In this document: one piece after another, positions 8,882 through 16,117 of the stretch
Layout: every line of letters begins with the position of its first letter
Position numbering within the stretch: position 1 is the stretch's first letter
Virus record (IMG/VR): IMGVR_UViG_2788500287_000116
Length of the DNA stretch: 20,000 bases
Direction: 5' to 3' (one strand)
DNA from: an uncultured virus (IMG/VR IMGVR_UViG_2788500287_000116)
Taxonomy: Duplodnaviria; Heunggongvirae; Uroviricota; Caudoviricetes
Notes under the pieces: generated by a model
What the model was told of the DNA's origin: nothing
Databases searched by the model: none
What the model saw: the letters and a program-made list of their open reading frames with translations, nothing else
Made by a program: the position numbers and the translations under genes

Positions 8882-11800
8882 ATGAAGATAAAAAATATAT
8901 TTTCCGCAGGTCGAATGAATAAAGATTTCGACGAAAGAATAGTACCAAAGGGAGAGTACATTGACGCTTTAAATGTCAGAGTTGTAAATAGCGCAGATGG
9001 TGACGCTGGAGCAATTCAATCTACAGAAGGAAACACACAACTAAGCAACATAAGTGTTACAGGTTCTCCTAGAGTTATAGGTTGTGTTACTGACGAATCT
9101 ACAGAAAGAATTTATTGGTTTGTTGTAAACAATGTTGGACATAGTTATGTTTTCGAGTACGATACACAAAGTAATTTTCAAAGAACAATATTAGAGGATA
9201 CAAGAGCGGCAGCTACAAACGTATTGAAGTTTGATGTGATGCACAAAGTATATGGTAACGTAATATATAATGTAAGTAAGAAAGAAAATATATTATTGTT
9301 TACAGACGGTTTAAACTCACCAAAACTAGTAAATATTGAGAGAGCTATATCTTATGGGCCAAATGGGTTTGAAGAAGATGATATTTCTTTGATAAGAAAG
9401 CCACCATTTGAAGCCCCACAAGTTACTCCTTTCTTTACTAATGATAAAACAGAAAACTCTATAAAAGAAAACTTTTTTGCATTTGCCTACAGGTATAAGT
9501 ACTTAGACGGTCAATATTCAGCATTATCATCTTTTACAAATTATCAGTTTCATCCTTCACCATTCAAACTTGATTTTGGAACCATGGAAAACAAAGGAAT
9601 GGTAAATCTTTACAATGGTTACAACATACAATATAATACTGGAGATAAAAGAGTAACTGACATTGATTTATGTTTTAAGTTTGCTAAACAAAATACCGTT
9701 TATGTAATTGAAAGCATAAACAAAGCAGATAGTGATTTTGGAGATGATATGACTAAAACATATCAATTTACCAACAAAAAAATATTTAAAGCTTTACCAG
9801 CTGATGAGTTGTTTAGAATATTTGATGACGTTCCTTTAACTGCAAAAACTCAAGATTTTATAAAAGATAGGTTGATTTTTGGAAATACAACCTCTCAATA
9901 TGATTTGAGACAAACGAATGATGACAAAACTCCACCAATAAAAATAGATTATAATGTTGAATTAGAATCAAAGGATATTGATGCAACTCAACTTACAACA
10001 ACACTAAGTAACAGCAACCAAAATATAACAATAGATGTAAGTAATATTATTTTCGAAGTAAATAGTGAATTAGTTTTTGGAGTAGATTTAACATCACCTG
10101 AAGATACGTATTTATCTGCTGCTTTTGGAAATGGTAGTGCTAGTTTTGCAGCAGGAGCAGTTCTTACAGCTACATATTCTGGAGTAAATGCTTTTGTAAA
10201 TTCAGACGATTTTTCAATTTTCCTGCAATCACTAAATTCAAACTTTGCTGCTCAAGCAACTGTTACAAACCCAACCAACCTTTTGTCTACTGACTTTGGA
10301 GAATTTACTTTAGTATCATCTTCGACTACCACTATTGTTTTAAAAGCCCCAAAAATTACATTTACTATAGACACAACACCAGCTGATAGCACTGATAACA
10401 CAAACCCAGGATTTCAGTTAATTAGAGAAAATCAGTTTACTTTTCAAAGCACAACAGTTGCTTCATTTGCAGCATTAGGCTCTACCTTATCGTTAAAAAG
10501 CAATAGAAGTTTCGAATTTGGTATTACATATTTAGATGAGTTTGGAAGATATACTTCAGTTTTATTACCAAAAGAAAGCGTAACGTCAACTTCTGAAATA
10601 TTCGTTCCAGTAGGTAACTCTATGAAGCAAAATAGAGCAAAAATAACAATCAACAGCAGACCACCTTTTTGGGCTAATAGATATAAGTTTTTTGTAAAAA
10701 CAAATAAAGAAGTTTACTACAATTTATTTGGAACAATTTTTTACGAAGATGGAGTTTACAGATGGATTTCATTAGAAGGTAATAATATAGGAAAAGTAGA
10801 GCCTGGAACCATGCTTTTAGTTAAAAGAGATGATGATGGAGCTCTAGGAGAAGAAGTAAAATGCAAAGTTTTAGAGGTTGTAGATAAAAAAGCAACTGAT
10901 GAGTTGTCAGCTGGACAATCATGGATTGAGGGTAACACTGATGGTGCAGGAGAGCCTATAGTAGAAAAGGCTGGGTTACACATGAAGATAAAACCATCTA
11001 AATTTAGTATGGATTTTGACCCAAACAATTTTATTTCTTACGACCAAACTGACCACAAAAGTAGAGGTAAAAAAACAAGAAGAACAAAAGTTCACTTACC
11101 TTCTTTACCTCGTAATTTTACAATCAGCCAAAATAGTGGAGATGATTCCACTTTTGGGTTTTTACAAAGAATCAACGCAGCTGGAAGTGCTTACAATGAT
11201 TTAAAGTTAAGCACAGGAAGTAGGATAGATATTGATTGGTCTTTAAATGGTTTTAATGCAGACCCATCTTTCCATTATGAAAAAGGTTTTACAGTAGAAA
11301 ATGATTATGAATCGACAGCAACTGTGAATGCTTTTGAGCTTTGGGCTGATGCAGAAACAAATTGGGCTAAAACATCAATTACTTATGCAGTGAATGGTGT
11401 AACACACACCGTCAATCAATTTACTGTTCCATCTCAAAACAATGAGAACGAGGAGTTTACTTTTTTCCTATACAAAGACACAGGAAATCCCAATCAAGCC
11501 AATCAAACTAGATGGACAATGCGAATTGAACCATCTGAAAGTGCAGCTTTTTTTGAAAGAAATACTCTAAACTGTAAAATTGATATAATCCTTTTAAATG
11601 GAGTCATTGTGTTTGAAACAGACCCACAAGAGCTCAATAGCGAAGTATATTATGAAACAGATGAAACATTTAGAATAGAAAGTGGATTTCATCAAGGTTC
11701 AGAGCAAAATCAAGGCAGTTCACAACCAGCTATAGTAAAACTTAATTTTGGTAATTGTTTCTCCTTTGCTAATGGCGTCGAAAGTATATCTATTAGAGAT

Positions 11801-14266
11801 GATAGATTCACTCCTTTTATGGATTTGGACACAAGACCTAACATAAATTTATTAGAAGGCTACGAGGCTTTAAATAGCACGAATAAGCTTATATACAGCG
11901 GCTCTTTTAATGAAAACAGTAATTACAATAGCTTAAATGAGTTTAATGCTAGTAGAGGTATAACAAAGTTTATGGATATGAAGTTTGGTTCTGTTCAAAG
12001 AGTTTATTCAAGAGAGGATGATGTTATAGTTTTCCAAGAAGACAGAGTATCTAGAGTTTTATTTGGCAAAGGAGTTATTAATCAGCCAGATGGCACAGGT
12101 AGTTTAACCAGAGTTGAGCAGGTATTAGGCCAGGATGTGCCTTTTACTGGAGAATACGGTATAGGTAAGAGTCCAGAAAGTTTTGCCGCTTATGAAAATA
12201 GTTTATACTTCGCTGACCCATTTAGAGGCGCTGTTCTTCGTTTAGGACAAAACGGAATAACACCTATATCAGCACAAGGTATGAAATCGTATTTCAAAGA
12301 GAATCTATATGCAAACAGAAATAATTTTAATCCAGGAGGATATGACCCAAGAAACAATCAGTATGTAATTACACCAGGAGAATCTGTAAAAACACCTATT
12401 ATACCTGTAACAACATGTAATTCACAATTAGATGTTAGAGTTTCTAAAACTCTTGGGTTCTCATACGTTCTGAATATAGGAGAAACTTCTGGAACACACA
12501 CTATAGCCTTGACAATTACAGGTGGTTCTGTAGATGTATCGGTAGATTATAATGGTACAACAACAACAACTACAGTTTCAGGTTCTGGAAACGTAACTTT
12601 TTCAGGAAATCCTGCTAACGACGACACTGCCTCAATCACTGTAATTACGACAAACGACTCAAGTAATCCGTCGGCGTCGGTTGTTTCAATACATAATCAG
12701 TGTCCTGTTCCTGAGACGATGAGTGTGACAATACTTGTTGTGAACGACGCTTATAAATCTAATCAAACAATAGTAAACAGGTTTAAAAATTCAAGCGCAA
12801 ACATATTTAATGAAGCTACAGATACATTTGATGTAGATACTGTAACTAGATTTGAAACCTTCAGCGGCCCTATGGGAAGTACAAATATTCCAGATAATGG
12901 TGATACCGTTACAATTTCCTCTTTAAAACTTGCAGGTGTACATACAGGAGATTTCAACCCATGTAATGATTTAGGATATTGGGTTACTGCAGCTATAAAT
13001 CCAACAGCAGCTGATATACTTACAAATGCTAATTTTACTGGCAATACTACACAAACAGAAACCTCATCACAAGAAGAAAATACACTTCAGTTTACCTTTA
13101 ATAGAAGTTCAGCTAGTGAAAACTTATATTTAGTGTATGACTATAGAGACCAACTACCTGTTCTAGTAGATGACTCTATAACTGGTATATCGAATGGAGG
13201 TAGCTCTACTATAAACGTAGTTAACAATGATACACTACCAAGTGCATACACATTAACCATTGAAACTCCTCCTACCAATGGTACAGCAACTATTGTAAGC
13301 GGAAGCCCTACAACAAGTATATTGTACACACATACATCAGGAAATGCCTTGACGGATGAGTTTACTTATAAAGTGACAAGAGGCGGTACATGTTCGCAAG
13401 TAGCAAGGGTAACTACAGAGGCACTATCTATTAATGAAAACACATATATATATATTTATTTTGATGGCTCAGGTTCTATGGATAACACTGAAATAGCTTT
13501 GAATGCTATGAGAGATAACTCTTTAAAATCTGTGCTACAAGATTTATATGCTACTGGAGGTACTGAGTCTAGCGGAAATACAAACCCAGCAACAAATGGT
13601 AGTAATGAATATGATAGCCACGTTACAATAGTTTACACTGGTGAATCTGAAGAATACGGTGTCGAAAGAACTTGGGCAGCTTTATCAGATAATGATGTAA
13701 ATGATTTTATTTTAAACGGTCATAACGACTTCCCTAGTGATGCTACCAACGTTGTGATTATGGTATTTCAAGATGAGGCAGAAGGCTCCGCAGGGATAGC
13801 AGCTGGCTATCACCTAACCACTTATGATGGTGCAATTAGAGGATATCATTCTGCAGATATTGCTTCGCTTAGAAGTAGAATTAATACATTAAATTCTTCT
13901 AATAATAACTTTTATAGAGGAGTCGTTTTTCATGTACAGGGTGGTACTAAATCTGCAGCTTTCAAACAATACTTACAAGCTGTTGAAGCAAGCTCAGGTA
14001 ATTTTACTGGGACAAATGGATTAAATGATTATGCATCAAGTCCAAATAACTATATAGGATTTACATATGACCTTGAAGATGCTGTAGTAAATAGTGGTAC
14101 AACTACCTTNAATGATAGTNTGGCGCCATACAANCCAGGAAGTACNACTGATAGATTTGATAAGTGGGAATATTACTATTTATACCACATTACAAATGAG
14201 TTAAAAAATTTAGGATTTGANGATGGTGGTGCGTTAGGTTGGCCACGAATATTAGATGACGGATAA
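8882..14266 (+). CDS. Tail stabilization/muzzle protein (P22 gp10-like beta-propeller), N-terminal part, with C-terminal Ig-like and VWA domains; 1794 aa
   Basis: Muzzle motifs F.AGRMNKD.DER..P.GEY.DALN, LLFTDGLNSPK, FAFAYRYKYLDGQYSALS, LKSNR.FEFGITYLDEFGR, VFQEDRVS, GEYGIGKSPESFA, YFADPFRGAVLRL and GGYDP. After these come a Big_9-like repeat (13157-13420) and a DGSGS MIDAS motif (13463-13477). Confidence 0.8.
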   Translation: MKIKNIFSAGRMNKDFDERIVPKGEYIDALNVRVVNSADGDAGAIQSTEGNTQLSNISVTGSPRVIGCVTDESTERIYWFVVNNVGHSYVFEYDTQSNFQRTILEDTRAAATNVLKFDVMHKVYGNVIYNVSKKENILLFTDGLNSPKLVNIERAISYGPNGFEEDDISLIRKPPFEAPQVTPFFTNDKTENSIKENFFAFAYRYKYLDGQYSALSSFTNYQFHPSPFKLDFGTMENKGMVNLYNGYNIQYNTGDKRVTDIDLCFKFAKQNTVYVIESINKADSDFGDDMTKTYQFTNKKIFKALPADELFRIFDDVPLTAKTQDFIKDRLIFGNTTSQYDLRQTNDDKTPPIKIDYNVELESKDIDATQLTTTLSNSNQNITIDVSNIIFEVNSELVFGVDLTSPEDTYLSAAFGNGSASFAAGAVLTATYSGVNAFVNSDDFSIFLQSLNSNFAAQATVTNPTNLLSTDFGEFTLVSSSTTTIVLKAPKITFTIDTTPADSTDNTNPGFQLIRENQFTFQSTTVASFAALGSTLSLKSNRSFEFGITYLDEFGRYTSVLLPKESVTSTSEIFVPVGNSMKQNRAKITINSRPPFWANRYKFFVKTNKEVYYNLFGTIFYEDGVYRWISLEGNNIGKVEPGTMLLVKRDDDGALGEEVKCKVLEVVDKKATDELSAGQSWIEGNTDGAGEPIVEKAGLHMKIKPSKFSMDFDPNNFISYDQTDHKSRGKKTRRTKVHLPSLPRNFTISQNSGDDSTFGFLQRINAAGSAYNDLKLSTGSRIDIDWSLNGFNADPSFHYEKGFTVENDYESTATVNAFELWADAETNWAKTSITYAVNGVTHTVNQFTVPSQNNENEEFTFFLYKDTGNPNQANQTRWTMRIEPSESAAFFERNTLNCKIDIILLNGVIVFETDPQELNSEVYYETDETFRIESGFHQGSEQNQGSSQPAIVKLNFGNCFSFANGVESISIRDDRFTPFMDLDTRPNINLLEGYEALNSTNKLIYSGSFNENSNYNSLNEFNASRGITKFMDMKFGSVQRVYSREDDVIVFQEDRVSRVLFGKGVINQPDGTGSLTRVEQVLGQDVPFTGEYGIGKSPESFAAYENSLYFADPFRGAVLRLGQNGITPISAQGMKSYFKENLYANRNNFNPGGYDPRNNQYVITPGESVKTPIIPVTTCNSQLDVRVSKTLGFSYVLNIGETSGTHTIALTITGGSVDVSVDYNGTTTTTTVSGSGNVTFSGNPANDDTASITVITTNDSSNPSASVVSIHNQCPVPETMSVTILVVNDAYKSNQTIVNRFKNSSANIFNEATDTFDVDTVTRFETFSGPMGSTNIPDNGDTVTISSLKLAGVHTGDFNPCNDLGYWVTAAINPTAADILTNANFTGNTTQTETSSQEENTLQFTFNRSSASENLYLVYDYRDQLPVLVDDSITGISNGGSSTINVVNNDTLPSAYTLTIETPPTNGTATIVSGSPTTSILYTHTSGNALTDEFTYKVTRGGTCSQVARVTTEALSINENTYIYIYFDGSGSMDNTEIALNAMRDNSLKSVLQDLYATGGTESSGNTNPATNGSNEYDSHVTIVYTGESEEYGVERTWAALSDNDVNDFILNGHNDFPSDATNVVIMVFQDEAEGSAGIAAGYHLTTYDGAIRGYHSADIASLRSRINTLNSSNNNFYRGVVFHVQGGTKSAAFKQYLQAVEASSGNFTGTNGLNDYASSPNNYIGFTYDLEDAVVNSGTTTXNDSXAPYXPGSXTDRFDKWEYYYLYHITNELKNLGFXDGGALGWPRILDDG

Positions 14267-14277
14267 AATATAAAATT

Positions 14278-15069
14278 ATGTCTTTNAGAAAAACTGTTAC
14301 ATATGATGAAAGAAATAATGGGTGGACTTCGTTTCATTCATGGACACCAGAGTGGATGGCAAGGATTGGTACACGATTTTTCACATTCAAAGGTGGAGAA
14401 CTGTATGAACATCATGTTGATACTGTTGCCAGAACTACGTTTTATGGAGTAGGTTATGGTGTTGATATAACATTTGTTGCTAATGAATCGCCAGGAGAAG
14501 TAAAATTATTTAAAAACTTGACACTCGAAACTGAGTCAAACAACTGGGCAGCAGTGCTTACGACGGATTTAGAATCAGGNTTGATTGATGAAGGTAAGTT
14601 TGANAGATTTGAATCTTATTACTCAACATACATAAGGCAAAACGGTGCTGGAAGTATAGATGGAAGGTTGAATTTCAACGAATTATCTGTTATTGGAATA
14701 GGTAATTTAGCAGAAAAAATAAACGCAAAAAGATATAGATTTGCAAACTCTATATCCTCAAACGCTAATGTTGGAGATTTCTTGTATTTGAACGGTACAT
14801 CAGGAACACAACTTGTAGGAGAAATACAATTGTTTACTTCAGATGCATCATCTGGTGTTATAAGAGATACGGTTCAGGTGTTACAAACACCCAATAACAG
14901 TACTACTTTTGAAGCAAGTGTTGGAGAATATATGTTTGTTGGAAAAGACCTTAGTGCAGAGTCTAGAGGTATCAGAGGATACTACTGCCAAATTAAACTT
15001 ACAAATGACAATCCAAACGCTTATGAGTTGTATTGCGCATCTACTGAAGCTGTTAAGAGCAATTTGTAA
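14278..15069 (+). CDS. C-terminal segment of the tail stabilization/muzzle protein, encoded as a separate gene (263 aa)
   Basis: Begins TVTYDERNNGWTSFHSWTPEWM..IGTRFFTFKGGELYEH, contains VKLFKNLTLE and ends GIRGYYCQIKLTN...ELY. I recall these as the terminal motifs of single-chain crAss-like Tstab proteins. Confidence 0.7.
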   Translation: MSXRKTVTYDERNNGWTSFHSWTPEWMARIGTRFFTFKGGELYEHHVDTVARTTFYGVGYGVDITFVANESPGEVKLFKNLTLETESNNWAAVLTTDLESXLIDEGKFXRFESYYSTYIRQNGAGSIDGRLNFNELSVIGIGNLAEKINAKRYRFANSISSNANVGDFLYLNGTSGTQLVGEIQLFTSDASSGVIRDTVQVLQTPNNSTTFEASVGEYMFVGKDLSAESRGIRGYYCQIKLTNDNPNAYELYCASTEAVKSNL

Positions 15070-15075
15070 TTTTTG

Positions 15076-15083
15076 TATATTTG
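15076..15083 (+). promoter_or_regulatory. Bacteroidota-type -7 promoter box TATATTTG upstream of the ejection/cargo genes
   Basis: TAnnTTTG in the 34-nt gap, 20 nt before the ATG at 15104. Confidence 0.6.
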
Positions 15084-15103
15084 TATAACTTAAAAATAAT
15101 AAT

Positions 15104-16108
15104 ATGCCATTTTTGACTACATTAGGTATGATTGTTGGTGGCGCAAGCGCTGTAAATAGCTTTTTCAAAGGTGGAAATTTAGCAGCAGAAGCTAGAGCTG
15201 GCNTATCAAAACTTAAAGACCAAGAACTTACGAATGCTTTTGCAGGCCTGAAACCTAGTTTAGCTGCTGAGCAGAGAATTTTATCACAACAATCAACACA
15301 ACTTGGAACAATAGCAGATGTAGCGCAAGGTATGGATGCTGCTTCAGCTATGGGATTACTTCAAGCTGGACAAGCTAATATACTAGACGCTGAAAACAAA
15401 GCTTTTGAAAGCATGTTAGATAAAGAATTCCAGGCAGATGTACTAAGAGGTCAAGATGAGCAAGAAATGAGAAGAATTCAGGAGCAGAGGACACAATTAC
15501 AAAGACAAACACTATCACAACAAATGATGGCTGGTGAACAAATGCAAGCAGACGCATTAATGGATGTAGCAACACTTGCAGTTTCAGCAGGTACTGCGCA
15601 AGAAATGGCTGATGCACAAAGAGGTCTTGATAAAGGTGTTAAAGTTGCAAAAAAAACTGGCTCTAATATTTTCAAAACAGCATTTGGTAAAGGCACACAG
15701 AAAGCTGGTGGTTCATTCTTTGGTAATGCACTGAGAAGCACTGCAACTTTCGGAAAAGAAATTGGAAAAGGAGCAGTAGGATTATTTAAAGGAGCAGCCC
15801 CTGTGGTGGCTCCTGCAGTTCAAAGTGGTAATAATACAACGACTCCATTAACAGGAGGCCCTAATTTTACATCTAACGTAGTAAGTGGTGCTTTTCCAAA
15901 TATGAGTTTGAATACTGGAGGAGTTTTTTCAAACTCTATAATTCCTCCTCAATCAAGTTTTCAAATTACTGGAACTACTCCATTTCAATTTCCATTACAA
16001 GACCCTTCAAAGCCAACTATGTCGATAAATGGTATTACATTCCCAGATAGGGCAGCAGAGTTTAATCTGAACATGAGAAAACAATACCCTGGACTTTTTC
16101 AATTATAA
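15104..16108 (+). CDS. Putative ejection/cargo (internal virion) protein 1, 334 aa
   Basis: Hydrophobic Gly/Ala N-terminus (MPFLTTLGMIVGGASAVNSFF), Ala/Gln-rich coiled coil and Gly/Lys amphipathic segment. First gene after the muzzle, as for podovirus DNA-ejection proteins. Confidence 0.6.
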   Translation: MPFLTTLGMIVGGASAVNSFFKGGNLAAEARAGXSKLKDQELTNAFAGLKPSLAAEQRILSQQSTQLGTIADVAQGMDAASAMGLLQAGQANILDAENKAFESMLDKEFQADVLRGQDEQEMRRIQEQRTQLQRQTLSQQMMAGEQMQADALMDVATLAVSAGTAQEMADAQRGLDKGVKVAKKTGSNIFKTAFGKGTQKAGGSFFGNALRSTATFGKEIGKGAVGLFKGAAPVVAPAVQSGNNTTTPLTGGPNFTSNVVSGAFPNMSLNTGGVFSNSIIPPQSSFQITGTTPFQFPLQDPSKPTMSINGITFPDRAAEFNLNMRKQYPGLFQL

Positions 16109-16117
16109 AAAAAAAAT

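Noticed and set aside
12416..12703. Possible intein in the muzzle insert (Cys ... IHNQC)
   Set aside because: The motif is HNQC rather than HN followed by C/S/T, no intein block A/B pattern is visible, and the segment looks like a Cys-bounded beta domain.
14110..14221. DGR variable region at the C-terminus of the tail protein
   Set aside because: The ambiguous sites are at synonymous-compatible positions, not the first two positions of AAY codons. No template repeat or reverse transcriptase is in the window.
14255..14285. Programmed frameshift re-joining the two muzzle ORFs
   Set aside because: No slippery heptamer before the TAA, and the downstream ORF has its own ATG with a typical A-rich leader.
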